This document shows, piece after piece, positions 8,965 through 19,002 of a stretch of 64,000 bases of DNA (positions are counted from its first letter, which is position 1; every line of letters begins with the position of its first letter). This DNA is from a virus (lineage: Duplodnaviria > Heunggongvirae > Uroviricota > Caudoviricetes), in the IMG/VR virus record IMGVR_UViG_3300020050_013619, positions 1-64,000 of that record, one strand, 5' to 3'. The notes below the pieces were generated by a model. That model worked only from the letters and a program-made list of their open reading frames with translations, made no database searches and was not told where the DNA came from. The position numbers and the translations under genes are program-made.

Positions 8965-9825
8965 TTGATAATGGAGAAAAAAAACAGGACTGAAAATGCG
9001 ACAAAAAAGGCTTCGCAGACCGCAGAAGCTAAAAAGAGAATAGCTATAACACGGATAAAAGAAATGGCGGTCAATTGCTATACCTTGACAGACGTATGCG
9101 AGAAATCAGGTGTTGAGATGCGAACCTTTGAAAATTGGTGTAAAAAGAACCCTAAACTTAGAGATGAAATAAAAGAGCTACTCAAAAAGAATTTTAAAGT
9201 CCGAAAGCAGGTATTTGAAAACGGTGATAGGGAAATCACTTTTACGTATGCCGACGTGGTAAAAAACAATGCTCGGTACAACGATGAGGAAAAACGTAAA
9301 GTAACAGATATGCTTTGCTACGCTGTCGAAAACGGCATACCAATAGCCCAAATATGTAAGGAAATAGACTTTTCCATGTCTCTGTTTTTTAAGTGGGTCA
9401 ATCCCGAACACGGTAGTCATTACCACTACGCCTCCGAAAAGTACAGCGAAGCCAAAAAAACACGGCGATTGATGATTAATGACATGGACGTGTTTACGGC
9501 ACGTACCAAACTTCAATCACGCCTTGAAAACCGCGAAGTGACCAATACGACATTGCATTACGAAACACGTGGTGCCAATGGCGAGAATGAGATATTAAAA
9601 GGTAAAACCGTCCACAAGCGCACCCTTGAAGCAGACTTACCAGCAATCTCTTTGGTGCTTAACAATCTGGACGGTGACTTCAATAAGAAGATGCTGACGC
9701 AAGAACAAATAGACAGCGAGGAATTTGTCAACATGAACGCCGAACAATTGCGCGAGGAATTGGAAAAAGAACGGGCACGGCGTGTATTGCTGGATTCGGG
9801 AAGTTTCATAAACGAAGAAGAATAA
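8965..9825 (+). CDS. putative terminase small subunit / DNA-binding protein
   Basis: Directly upstream of the terminase large subunit; two HTH-like segments (TLTDVCEKSGVEMRTFENW, IPIAQICKEIDFSMSLFFKW). Confidence 0.4.
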   Translation: MIMEKKNRTENATKKASQTAEAKKRIAITRIKEMAVNCYTLTDVCEKSGVEMRTFENWCKKNPKLRDEIKELLKKNFKVRKQVFENGDREITFTYADVVKNNARYNDEEKRKVTDMLCYAVENGIPIAQICKEIDFSMSLFFKWVNPEHGSHYHYASEKYSEAKKTRRLMINDMDVFTARTKLQSRLENREVTNTTLHYETRGANGENEILKGKTVHKRTLEADLPAISLVLNNLDGDFNKKMLTQEQIDSEEFVNMNAEQLREELEKERARRVLLDSGSFINEEE

Positions 9826-9829
9826 TCAC

Positions 9830-11491
9830 ATGGGCGTACCATTACGCAATATAAAACCCACTGACAGAGAAGCCCGATTGATGTTGCAGCTTCTCAAATT
9901 GGAACGCTATGAAAATTATAGGCGTGACCCGTTGCTGTGGGCAAAAGACGTGCTGGGCGAAAACCCCGAAAACTTTGAGTGGTCACTGCATGGTGGGGCA
10001 TACAAAAACCACGTTTGGGACGGTGACGAAAACCCCCTCAGTACTGCGTGGCGTGCATTGGCTCGAAAACAGTGGGTAGGCGTAGCAGCGGCAACAGGTA
10101 CATCAAAAACCTACTGGTTATCAAGAGTTATGTTGTGGTTTTTGGACTGCTTTGAGGATGCCTTAGTTATTACAACTGCTCCTAAACAGGACCAGTTATC
10201 ATTGAACCTATGGGGCGAGGTTTCCAAGATAGTTGACCAATTTGCTAAAACCCGACCTTATACACGTGTTACATCATTGCGATTACAGCCCGAGGGTTTC
10301 AATAACAACTATAAGTATAAGGACACGCACCATGCAATAGGTTTTGTCGCTGGCGTTGTCGCTGGCGAGGAAGTAGCTACGAAAGCTGCTGGTTTTCACC
10401 GTAAAAATATGCTTATTATTTGCGAGGAAATGCCAGGTATGAGCAGTGCGATTTTTGAAGCCTTTCAAAATACGTCCGTTGGCTCTAATAACTTAATGCT
10501 TGGCGTAGGTAATCCCGACAGCGAGACAGATGAATTGTATAAATTCTGTCAGTTGCCAAATGTACGATCATTACGCATATCTGCTTACGATTACCCCAAT
10601 GTGGTTTTAGGTAAAGAGATTTATCACGGAGCTGTTTCCCAAGCCTCAATTGACAGACGTAAAGCAAAATACCTGTCAGAGTCCCATCCATTATATCTAT
10701 CGCGTGTGCGAGGTATTACGCCGAGTGGCTCGGAGCATAGCCTTATCAAAGGGTCATGGATAGATATGTGCAATAAGCATCACCCCAATTTCAAAGGGTA
10801 TAAAAATTACAATGAAACGGGAGAGCGATTGATGGTGTCTTATAATGCCGTAGGTGTTGACGTAGCAAACTCAGAGGATGGAGACAAAGCTTGTTTAGCA
10901 TGGGGGCAAGGTCAGTTTTTGATAGATGTTCACGAGTTTCAATGTCCTAATGCAATGCACTTGGCATATAATATCATTCAAAGCGATGATATTCTGTTTG
11001 ATAAAAATAGGACAATATACAATACTCGTAAAATCCAAGACCTCAATATCATGCCTCAATGTATTGGCGTTGATACGGTTGGTGTGGGTGTATCAACCCT
11101 AAATACGTTACTTGAGGAAAACTATGAAGCGACTTCGTTAAGCGGTGGACCGTGGACAGAGGACGGTATCATCCCCCACGATGCGCAGGGTAAGCCAATG
11201 TACTCTTTTCAAGGGCTAAGGTCGCAGATGATTTGGGAGTTGGCAGTTGATATACAGAATGGCAATATTGTATTTGATATAGAAGATGCCGAAGTTATGG
11301 CAAGGTTGAAAAAAGAACTTGTTACACCCAAGTTCCTATTGTCTTCAGGTGTTGTGGCGATAGAAAAAAAGGAGCATATCATAAAACGCATTGGCAAGTC
11401 ACCCAATATGCTTGACTCTGTCGCTTATTGGAACTGGGTGCGCAAAGGATACCGTTTGAGCGTCGGCGTTATGCCGATGGTTTACGGCTAA
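9830..11491 (+). CDS. terminase large subunit
   Basis: Walker A-like VGVAAATGTSKT, Walker B-like LIICEEM, 553 aa, located upstream of the morphogenesis block. Confidence 0.75.
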   Translation: MGVPLRNIKPTDREARLMLQLLKLERYENYRRDPLLWAKDVLGENPENFEWSLHGGAYKNHVWDGDENPLSTAWRALARKQWVGVAAATGTSKTYWLSRVMLWFLDCFEDALVITTAPKQDQLSLNLWGEVSKIVDQFAKTRPYTRVTSLRLQPEGFNNNYKYKDTHHAIGFVAGVVAGEEVATKAAGFHRKNMLIICEEMPGMSSAIFEAFQNTSVGSNNLMLGVGNPDSETDELYKFCQLPNVRSLRISAYDYPNVVLGKEIYHGAVSQASIDRRKAKYLSESHPLYLSRVRGITPSGSEHSLIKGSWIDMCNKHHPNFKGYKNYNETGERLMVSYNAVGVDVANSEDGDKACLAWGQGQFLIDVHEFQCPNAMHLAYNIIQSDDILFDKNRTIYNTRKIQDLNIMPQCIGVDTVGVGVSTLNTLLEENYEATSLSGGPWTEDGIIPHDAQGKPMYSFQGLRSQMIWELAVDIQNGNIVFDIEDAEVMARLKKELVTPKFLLSSGVVAIEKKEHIIKRIGKSPNMLDSVAYWNWVRKGYRLSVGVMPMVYG

Positions 11492-11526
11492 AAAGACATT
11501 ATAGCATTTCAATTTGGTGTGAAGGC

Positions 11527-11566
11527 TCGGTCTCGTTTGGGATTGAGCCTTTTTTTACTTTTTCCG
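11527..11566. terminator. bidirectional intrinsic terminator
   Basis: Stem AAGGCTC...GAGCCTT then TTTTTTT, between convergent genes. Confidence 0.55.
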
Positions 11567-11764
11567 TAAATGGGTACCAAGAAGCTGTTGCATAGTTTCT
11601 TGCGTCCAACCTTTTTCTATCCATACCTTATCGGCTAATAAGGCTAATCGTTGTGCCTTAAAAGCGATGATGAGTTTTTTTAAATCCAACATTTCATCAT
11701 CATTCAAATCTTTAGTCATCTCCAAGAGCGACATTTGCGCATCGCTTAAATCAGGTAAATCCAT
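11555..11764 (-). CDS. hypothetical small protein (69 aa)
   Basis: ORF only. Confidence 0.4.
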   Translation of the reverse strand: MDLPDLSDAQMSLLEMTKDLNDDEMLDLKKLIIAFKAQRLALLADKVWIEKGWTQETMQQLLGTHLRKK

Positions 11765-11884
11765 TTGCTGTTTTTATGACAAAGCTAAATGCTTTCGTTT
11801 TACAGAATAAATAAATCTGAAAATAAATAATTATTATTTAAAAAATAATTGAAAAATTATTGTGTATTTCAAAAGTTTGTTTAA

Positions 11885-11896
11885 TTTTGTGGTATT
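11885..11896 (+). promoter_or_regulatory. candidate -7 element for the 11921.. operon
   Basis: TAATTTTG matches the Bacteroidetes -7 consensus TAnnTTTG, ~25 nt upstream of the ATG. Confidence 0.35.
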
Positions 11897-11920
11897 AATT
11901 GACAATCTAAAAAATGAGAG

Positions 11921-12151
11921 ATGGCTTCATATAAAAAAGGCGAAAGGGTAAAAATTACTGCTCCGCTATCTTTAAAATCAATGGATTCTTTTCTCACAAA
12001 AGAAAAGGATGAATTCTACTTGCATATTGGTGAAGTATTCGAGTGTATCGACCACTCGCAACCTGACTTCATGGAATACTTAAATGTTTTTTGTCATAAA
12101 AGGCGAGTTGATTTTGAACTGCCTATGGAATTTGTAAAAAGATTAGAGTAA
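11921..12151 (+). CDS. hypothetical small protein (76 aa)
   Basis: ORF only. Confidence 0.4.
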   Translation: MASYKKGERVKITAPLSLKSMDSFLTKEKDEFYLHIGEVFECIDHSQPDFMEYLNVFCHKRRVDFELPMEFVKRLE

Positions 12152-12166
12152 TTTAAAAAATTCACA

Positions 12167-12526
12167 ATGAAAAAAGACTTCATATTCTCAAACCTCACAG
12201 ATGAAGAAATGGCTCACAGCCTTTCGCCTAGTGAGCACCCAAGATATAGCCAGTTGTCGGATACCCAAAAGCAAATCGTTATTGATGGCTGCAAGTTATT
12301 TGTGCCATTATCCAATACATCTAATGATAAGATGGATGAGGCATTGGAGTCTGTTAATCCACGTGTTTTCCAATCGGACGGCAGATTACTGGTGTGGGAG
12401 CAAGACTTTATAGACATTCCCAATATGGTTATAATTGGTAAACCAGCAAATCGTATGACTGTTATACAAACAAGTATGAAAGCATCAACACAAGTATTTT
12501 TCAATAACTTATTGAATTTTAAATAA
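12167..12526 (+). CDS. hypothetical protein (119 aa)
   Basis: ORF only. Confidence 0.45.
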   Translation: MKKDFIFSNLTDEEMAHSLSPSEHPRYSQLSDTQKQIVIDGCKLFVPLSNTSNDKMDEALESVNPRVFQSDGRLLVWEQDFIDIPNMVIIGKPANRMTVIQTSMKASTQVFFNNLLNFK

Positions 12527-12681
12527 TGAAAGAATATAATTCGATTATAGATATTCACATAGATATTTTAAGTTCAAAAATCAAGGATGGCGATACTGTT
12601 TCAATATACTCTGATATTGATAAAGACGGCAACGCTTTCAAGGGTGACTATAAAGTATCACTAAAAGATGGTAAGGTGTAG
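12526..12681 (+). CDS. possible small protein (51 aa)
   Basis: My own translation gives MKEYNSIIDIHIDILSSKIKDGDTVSIYSDIDKDGNAFKGDYKVSLKDGKV; the ATG overlaps the preceding stop (TAATG). Confidence 0.3.
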   Translation: MKEYNSIIDIHIDILSSKIKDGDTVSIYSDIDKDGNAFKGDYKVSLKDGKV

Positions 12682-12740
12682 CTATGCTTAATTGCTAAAC
12701 CAACACATATTAATATACAAATTGGTTCAATAAAATAAAA

Positions 12741-13040
12741 ATGAGTGTAGTAAAAAAAGGCGGTCAACGTCAAGGTTCTGGGCGCAAGAACAAAGGACTG
12801 AAAAACGAGACATTTTCGCTTAGATTAGACGAGCGAGAATTAATTGGTGATTTTCTTAACCGTAATTTAGCCGTGCGTTATGCCATCCGCAAAACGTTTG
12901 GTCTGTGTCTGCACCCCATTATTTCAATGGATGACAACGGTAAAAAGTGCGAGATTTGTGGACAGGAAAACCCCGATGAATATACGGGTCATTTCTTGAC
13001 GGTGGATGATGTGGATGGATTGAGTAGTTTTGGTGAGTAA
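12741..13040 (+). CDS. hypothetical protein with a CxxC pair (99 aa)
   Basis: ORF; CEICGQE motif. Confidence 0.4.
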   Translation: MSVVKKGGQRQGSGRKNKGLKNETFSLRLDERELIGDFLNRNLAVRYAIRKTFGLCLHPIISMDDNGKKCEICGQENPDEYTGHFLTVDDVDGLSSFGE

Positions 13041-13067
13041 TTTTTTCAACAATAAAAAACTAAGTAC

Positions 13068-13481
13068 ATGATAGATATTAACGAAATCAGAATTGGTAAT
13101 TTCTTAATGCAAAACAAGATTTTTATTCGTGAAGTTAAAATAGAAGATTTTCAAAGCTCATTTTTTTTAGATGCTATTAAAGCAGGGAATTTAAATCCAA
13201 TTCCGCTAACTGACGGATGGCTTGAAAAGGCTGGCTTCTCGCTACATAGTCGTCACCTTTCATGGTATAAAGAAATCAATGTCAATTGGCGCAAAAAGCC
13301 TATTATTCTGCACATTATAGATAAAAGCAGAGTAAGTACGGGATATGAAGAAGAAAAAAAACTTTGTAGATATTCTATTGAATACAGTGGTGGGTACTTA
13401 ACTCACTTCGATTACGTGCACGAGTTTCAGAATTTGTATTTTTGGCTTTTGCGACACGAGGTTACTTTCTCTAATCAATAA
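13068..13481 (+). CDS. member of a phage paralog family (NEIRIGN...IP.T.W...GF...Y.HE.QNL.F)
   Basis: Shares the N-terminal M..NE(L/I)RIGN, a central IP(L/I)T..WL...GF and the C-terminal YVHEFQNLYFWL with three tandem paralogs at 43579..44797. Confidence 0.5.
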   Translation: MIDINEIRIGNFLMQNKIFIREVKIEDFQSSFFLDAIKAGNLNPIPLTDGWLEKAGFSLHSRHLSWYKEINVNWRKKPIILHIIDKSRVSTGYEEEKKLCRYSIEYSGGYLTHFDYVHEFQNLYFWLLRHEVTFSNQ

Positions 13482-13539
13482 ACTTACAATTACCTAGCAT
13501 AAATACTAAATCATAATATCAACAATAAAAAACAATATC

Positions 13540-13824
13540 ATGTACGGTTTTCAAGTAAAAATTATTAAGTCAGAATTATTAGATAAATGGGAGCGCAAAC
13601 AGGTTCGATTTCCAAAATCTAAAAAGAAACGTATCAGACAAAAGTGGGCTAAGAAAGGCTATAACTTTAGAGGTGTCTTTGCTAAAAATTTTGATACGGT
13701 TGTCAATAACGATACCAATGTTGTGCTTATGTCAACGGCGGCTTATGATGCGTATATGGCTAAGATAAACTCACAGAGGACGATATGGGTATTTATGCCA
13801 AATGTTGCGAGAGATGCGGTGTAA
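13540..13824 (+). CDS. hypothetical protein (94 aa)
   Basis: ORF only. Confidence 0.4.
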   Translation: MYGFQVKIIKSELLDKWERKQVRFPKSKKKRIRQKWAKKGYNFRGVFAKNFDTVVNNDTNVVLMSTAAYDAYMAKINSQRTIWVFMPNVARDAV

Positions 13825-13979
13825 AGTATATGGGGTATAATCTCATTCGATTCAAATGGGTGCGTCAATGCCCACCTCCTTTTACAAGCCAAACGGAATG
13901 GCTGGCATTTTGCGACGAAAAGGAAGCGGAGTTTAGAAATGCAAATACAATTGATTTTTTGAAAACTAATAAAAATTAG
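13785..13979 (+). CDS. hypothetical small protein (64 aa)
   Basis: ORF that overlaps the previous one by 40 nt; Cys-rich CCERCGVKY. Confidence 0.3.
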   Translation: MGIYAKCCERCGVKYMGYNLIRFKWVRQCPPPFTSQTEWLAFCDEKEAEFRNANTIDFLKTNKN

Positions 13980-14082
13980 TTGTACTTTTGCATCTCAATA
14001 AAAATAATTGGATCGTGGTGTCCACGTTCGGCAAGAGGCTAAGCCATAGGCTTGACTTTTTGTTTTAACCACTGCCAATTTA

Positions 14083-14117
14083 AAGCTTTACTCACCACCG
14101 AGTAAGGCTTTTTTTAT
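14083..14117 (+). terminator. intrinsic terminator ahead of the portal gene
   Basis: AAAGCTTTACTC...GAGTAAGGCTTT stem then TTTTTTT. Confidence 0.55.
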
Positions 14118-14179
14118 TAATAGTTGTTTTTTCGGTTCATAGCACTATATTTATTCAAATAGAAAAACAACTATCAATA

Positions 14180-16573
14180 ATGGCTTTCATTGATTATTTT
14201 AGGAGACTGAATCCGTTTAGACCATCGGAGCAAGTGAATAAGGCGGCTAATGTTGAGCAACCGAGCCAAGAAACAGGCACATTACCTGTTTTGGGCGGGC
14301 GGTCGTCTGTGTCCGACTCTCAAACAATGTTCACAGGTATCAATGGGAAAATACAGGTCAAGCCATTGTTTCCAAAGGAGTTCATTATGACTCTTGAGGG
14401 CTTATCTATTCATCATCCCGACATTTCGCACGCCGTAGCCAACATTGTTGAATTGGGTTGTACGGAACACAATATCACATTTGAGGACACAGTATCCAAT
14501 ACAGTTGCAAGAAAAGCACGTGCGCACATTGAAAGCATCAAGAAAACAATATACAACAGCGAGGGTGTAAAGGGTTTGATAACCGATTTACTGCGTCAAG
14601 CGGCTGTGTCAGGTGCTGTGAGTGCTGAAATTGTGCCGAGATTGGATTTAAAAGGCGTTGACAGTGTTGTATTGGTTGCGCCATGGCAAATCGAGTTTTT
14701 GTATAATTCAGAAACAAAGAAAAATGAAGTCTATCAACGCCCTGTTGGATTAGCCAGTTATTCGGATGGTGAAACCGATTTTGTTGGATTGATACGTTTG
14801 AATCCGATAACATTTAAGTTTTTGGTTACACAGCGCATCAATGACAATCCTTACCCAATACCACCATTCATTGCGGCTCTCGAAAATACAGGCATCGGCA
14901 AACACCTGCTTTCAGCAATTAAGCACATTGCGGAAAATTTAGGCATTTTGGGTGTTATGACTTTCTTATCAGAAGCTCCGTTGCCATTACCAGGAGAATT
15001 GCCCACGTCGCTTTCATACCAAGATAGATGTATCGCTTATCTGTCAACATGGCGAGGAGAGATAGAGAAAGGTATGAAGAACGGTATTGTCGTCGGCTTC
15101 AAAAAAGCGCACGAAATTGATGTGCATCCAACGCACACGGACGCAAAGGGGGCAAAGGAGATATTTGACATCAACGACCAACAGTTAATGTCTGCGCTCA
15201 AACAAGAACCGTCGCTGTTGGGTCGTGACATGAAGACGAGTGAGGCGTTTGCAAAAATCGCTTTCAAAATATTGGCTTCGCGGATTGGCTCTTTTCAAGA
15301 TGTGGTGGCTATTTTCCTTTCTGAACTGTATCGAATCGAGTTACAACTGAGGGGGTTTGCAATCAAGACGGTCAATGTGCAGTTTGAAAAAGTGGACGTA
15401 GCAGACAAGTTGCTGGATGAGCAAGCAGAAACGGCACGCATCAACAATGTCAAATCAAAATATGATTTTGGTATCATCAATATGCAACAGGCAGCAAATG
15501 AACTCGGCTATGAAAAACCCGACCAATTGGTGCCACGAACTGCCGCACAGAGTCCGAATACTGAGGGGGATAAAACCGCTGAAAAAAAAAAGTTAAGTCA
15601 TAACTGTTTGCATGATCCACTGAACCGCTTTGATTATGAAAGTGAGGACATCGCCAATGCGACACGTGAAGAGAGTTTATCTTTTGAGGGCGACGACTTA
15701 TTTGACGACGAAGAAATGCAAAGCCTTTATGACGAATACGTCAAGAAAGTAAAAAAGGCTTATAAGGCATCTATCACAGAGGCTTTATCGGCATTTGAAA
15801 CATCTCTTTTAGCTATTGGAGTAGCGTTGGGGGTTGATGAGTTGATTGATAAGGTTTTGTATCACTTAGCGGACAGTTTTCAGTCATCCTATTCAGAAAG
15901 GCTTAAAAACATCGTACCCAAATACATTGACAAAGGCTATAAGAAATTCAGATTAGACAGTTCGATTTTTGGTACAAAGGCAGTTGGTGAGGCGGTTTTA
16001 GAAATGCCTGATTTTAGGGCATTGGCTTATTTCAAAACGAGTGACGAATTGTATCTTGGTAAATTCATAACGGATGCCGATACACGACAACGGTTGACGG
16101 ACTTCATCAAAGAAACTTATCTAAGAGACGGTGAAGCGATAAGCCACAATCCGCAAGCCATCGCCCGATTCAGAGCGTCATTGAAAACGCAATTGTTGGC
16201 AGAAGATTGGAAAGTCAATCGCGTCATTGCAACAACGGTCAATAAGATGCGCAACTATGCCGCAGTCAATTACATGGCGCAGGCAGAAGTCAAGTGGTTT
16301 GAAATACGTGGTGTGAACGATAGAAAGCAGTGCGATTATTGTAAAAATATGCAAGGTCGGCGGTTTTCAGTCACAGAGGTAGCAGCTAAGATTGATAAAA
16401 TAGTGGGCGACTCACCCGAGTTTGTAGCGGATGATTCACCATTTGTCACATCGGTTTTTAAAACGCCAAACGATATGAAAGGCTTGACGGACAGCGAGAT
16501 GTTTGATAGAGGGATTCACGCCCCACCTTTCCATCCCAATTGCCGTGACTTAGTTGTACCTATAATTGAATAA
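14180..16573 (+). CDS. portal protein fused to a MuF/SPP1-gp7-like minor head protein domain
   Basis: 797-aa ORF immediately after the terminase region; the C-terminal EIRGVNDRKQCDYCKNMQGRRF resembles the MuF-like D-x-R...C..C...G motif. Confidence 0.55.
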   Translation: MAFIDYFRRLNPFRPSEQVNKAANVEQPSQETGTLPVLGGRSSVSDSQTMFTGINGKIQVKPLFPKEFIMTLEGLSIHHPDISHAVANIVELGCTEHNITFEDTVSNTVARKARAHIESIKKTIYNSEGVKGLITDLLRQAAVSGAVSAEIVPRLDLKGVDSVVLVAPWQIEFLYNSETKKNEVYQRPVGLASYSDGETDFVGLIRLNPITFKFLVTQRINDNPYPIPPFIAALENTGIGKHLLSAIKHIAENLGILGVMTFLSEAPLPLPGELPTSLSYQDRCIAYLSTWRGEIEKGMKNGIVVGFKKAHEIDVHPTHTDAKGAKEIFDINDQQLMSALKQEPSLLGRDMKTSEAFAKIAFKILASRIGSFQDVVAIFLSELYRIELQLRGFAIKTVNVQFEKVDVADKLLDEQAETARINNVKSKYDFGIINMQQAANELGYEKPDQLVPRTAAQSPNTEGDKTAEKKKLSHNCLHDPLNRFDYESEDIANATREESLSFEGDDLFDDEEMQSLYDEYVKKVKKAYKASITEALSAFETSLLAIGVALGVDELIDKVLYHLADSFQSSYSERLKNIVPKYIDKGYKKFRLDSSIFGTKAVGEAVLEMPDFRALAYFKTSDELYLGKFITDADTRQRLTDFIKETYLRDGEAISHNPQAIARFRASLKTQLLAEDWKVNRVIATTVNKMRNYAAVNYMAQAEVKWFEIRGVNDRKQCDYCKNMQGRRFSVTEVAAKIDKIVGDSPEFVADDSPFVTSVFKTPNDMKGLTDSEMFDRGIHAPPFHPNCRDLVVPIIE

Positions 16574-16791
16574 TGGAAAGGTGTATCATAAAAAAGGAAA
16601 ATTGGTCTATTGCCAGTGGTTTTAGACTACCTTTTATTGAGTGTCCAAACTGTGGTCAATCTTTATTAGGTAACTCAACACATAGCATTAGTACCAATGG
16701 AGATGTAAATGCAAGCGTCATTTGTCCATGTGGTTTTCACAAGTTTGTAAGTCTTGAAAAATGGACTGGAATTGAAATAAAAAGTAAATAG
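16573..16791 (+). CDS. small zinc-ribbon protein (72 aa)
   Basis: CPNCGQ...CPCGFH. Confidence 0.35.
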   Translation: MERCIIKKENWSIASGFRLPFIECPNCGQSLLGNSTHSISTNGDVNASVICPCGFHKFVSLEKWTGIEIKSK

Positions 16792-16818
16792 TTTTAATAA
16801 TCAACGGAATATCAAATC

Positions 16819-18381
16819 ATGCCAAAAAATAAGTTGCAATTGCAGTTGCGTGGCTCGGGTGTCATCATCAAAGGCGATACACCGCCGCAAATCGCCAAAG
16901 AAATCAAATATGGGTTTTGGTCCACCGCCGAAAACAGTAATTTCTATGGTGATGATGTTAAAACGGCTGCCGATGTCATTCCTCGACCAGAACAGTACAT
17001 GCTTGTACCTTTCCGCTTTATTTCGGCAACCATCGTCGGCAAGGAGTCATGGAAAGCGACAAAGTTTACAGCCGATGCGCTCAAAGCAAGCATGGACAAA
17101 CTTTTGGGCGCACCTGTTTATACCGACCACGACACGTCAACGGTTGGTAACTGTATCGGACATATCGAATCAGTTGAATGGCAAGAGGAATACACCGATG
17201 AATCAGGCAATGTCATTCCTGCGGGTATCAATGGTAATTACGCGATTGACTGCACAATTGCGCCAAACATCGCCCGTAACCTTTATACAGGTTCGATTGG
17301 CTCAAACTCCGTAACGGTTGAGTTCTATTGGGAACCATCACACCAGTTCCCCGATAATGATTTCTATTACAAAATTGGTAGCTACGATGATAAGGGCAAT
17401 CCGATTTGTCGTGTCGTGACAGAGATTTTGCAATACTTGGAAACATCGCCTGTTTTCCGTGGCGCAGACCCATTTGCAAAGAAATTGGACAGTGATGGAA
17501 AGGTGATTAAGCCCGACATGACAATGGCGCAATACTCAAAGGAAGAAGCAGACGAAAAGTTCAATGCAACTTCTTTTGAAATAAGTTGCAAAAATGAAAT
17601 AAACGTTTTACGTTTAAGTAAATCACAGATGTCCTATCAGCAGCAAGAAAAAGCGGCAAAAACGGACGGTAACGACAATAATTCAAAATCAGTTATAAAA
17701 ATGAATAAAGAATTTTTGCTTTTTGTCATGGCAACACTCGGTTTGACGGAAGAGATTACAGAAATGACCGAGGATATGCAAGTCAAATTTACGGCAGCAA
17801 TCAAAGAGCAAACGGAGCTTGCCAAAAAAATGAAATGCTCAAAATGCGAAGGTGATATGGAGTGTGGCAAATGTGGCAACAAAACCGTCACAGAAAATGC
17901 ACTTGAAGTTGCCGACCTTTTGACACGTTCGGGTATAGAGGTGACATCTAAGGATTTGGCATCTCTTACAGTCGTTAAAACGGCTGACCTTGAAAGCGGC
18001 CAAGTAACAGCGCAAAACCTTCAGTTAGAAGTGGACCGCCTCAAGCCATTGGCTCAACAAGGTGAGGCATACATCACAGAATTGCGTGCTGAAGCTGAAC
18101 GCCTGCACAACGTTGCGGCAAACGGCAAAACCATTGAAGCGACATTGAACCTCATCAAAACGGCACCCATTGACGTTGTGAAAGGTTTGATTGAATCTTT
18201 CGGTGGTCAAATCACATCGCACCAATACAAGGCAACTTGTACCAAATGTGGCACAGGTGATAACGTCTCTTTCCAACTTTCTCAAAACAGCAATGCAGGT
18301 ACGGGCAATACCATCGTCGAAGATGGCACACCAACGTATGAGCGTGTTGTGAGCAAGTTTGAAAAAGACAATGCAATCTAA
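16819..18381 (+). CDS. putative scaffolding / prohead-processing protein
   Basis: Sits between portal and capsid genes; C-terminal half is helical and coiled-coil-like with Cys clusters (KCSKCEGDMECGKCGNK); leader motif upstream. Confidence 0.4.
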   Translation: MPKNKLQLQLRGSGVIIKGDTPPQIAKEIKYGFWSTAENSNFYGDDVKTAADVIPRPEQYMLVPFRFISATIVGKESWKATKFTADALKASMDKLLGAPVYTDHDTSTVGNCIGHIESVEWQEEYTDESGNVIPAGINGNYAIDCTIAPNIARNLYTGSIGSNSVTVEFYWEPSHQFPDNDFYYKIGSYDDKGNPICRVVTEILQYLETSPVFRGADPFAKKLDSDGKVIKPDMTMAQYSKEEADEKFNATSFEISCKNEINVLRLSKSQMSYQQQEKAAKTDGNDNNSKSVIKMNKEFLLFVMATLGLTEEITEMTEDMQVKFTAAIKEQTELAKKMKCSKCEGDMECGKCGNKTVTENALEVADLLTRSGIEVTSKDLASLTVVKTADLESGQVTAQNLQLEVDRLKPLAQQGEAYITELRAEAERLHNVAANGKTIEATLNLIKTAPIDVVKGLIESFGGQITSHQYKATCTKCGTGDNVSFQLSQNSNAGTGNTIVEDGTPTYERVVSKFEKDNAI

Positions 18382-18448
18382 GGTATCAGGTCTCCCGAAA
18401 GGGTTTTGATAAATCATTTTTTTATAACAAGATAAAAAATCAAGAAAG

Positions 18449-18910
18449 ATGGCATATACAAATGCTCCACTGACGGGTCTTGACACAACAGAAGCCGCAC
18501 GGCTGACCCGAATTAATGAGAGTGCCGTTTGCATCTCATTTCCAACTGAAACGGCTTTGCCAGTTGGTACGCCTGTTAAATTCACCAGCGATTTGATTGT
18601 TGCTGCCGAAAATGCTATGGCAATCGGTATCGTTACCGTTCCATACTCTGCGGCAAACGCACAGTCTGTCCGCAAAGGCTATTGCACGGTCATGGTGTAC
18701 GGCTTTGCAGAGGTGAAAGGTATCACAACAGGTTCAACATCTGCTGGTGCGGAGTTGAAGTATGTTGGTATCGACAGCACAACAGGTCACCTCAAGTTTA
18801 CGGCAGCGGCTCAAAATGACATTGTTGTGGCACTTGCAGGTGTGGCAAGCAGCGCAGGCGCAGTCAACAGTAAAATCGTGATGCTTCACGGTAGCTACAA
18901 GAAACCGTGA
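18449..18910 (+). CDS. hypothetical head-associated protein (153 aa)
   Basis: Between the scaffold and capsid genes; Ala/Gly/Thr-rich. Confidence 0.4.
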   Translation: MAYTNAPLTGLDTTEAARLTRINESAVCISFPTETALPVGTPVKFTSDLIVAAENAMAIGIVTVPYSAANAQSVRKGYCTVMVYGFAEVKGITTGSTSAGAELKYVGIDSTTGHLKFTAAAQNDIVVALAGVASSAGAVNSKIVMLHGSYKKP

Positions 18911-19002
18911 GTCTTTATGACTTAGTAAAGGCTTAGACCTTTCGGAAAGAATCGGAAAGAAGTTGTAAAAATTATTAATTAATCAACGGAATATCATCAA
19001 TC

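Noticed and set aside
17228-17891. Minus-strand ORFs (17228..17479, 17338..17532, 17382..17591, 17637..17891) and plus-strand 16850..17314 within the scaffold gene
   Set aside because: Embedded in the long 16819..18381 ORF that is in register with the late operon; no start signals.
18449-18675. 216-aa minus-strand ORF 18025..18675 overlapping the scaffold 3' end and the 18449 gene
   Set aside because: Antisense to two collinear late genes; Cys/Arg-rich translation typical of a reverse-strand artefact.
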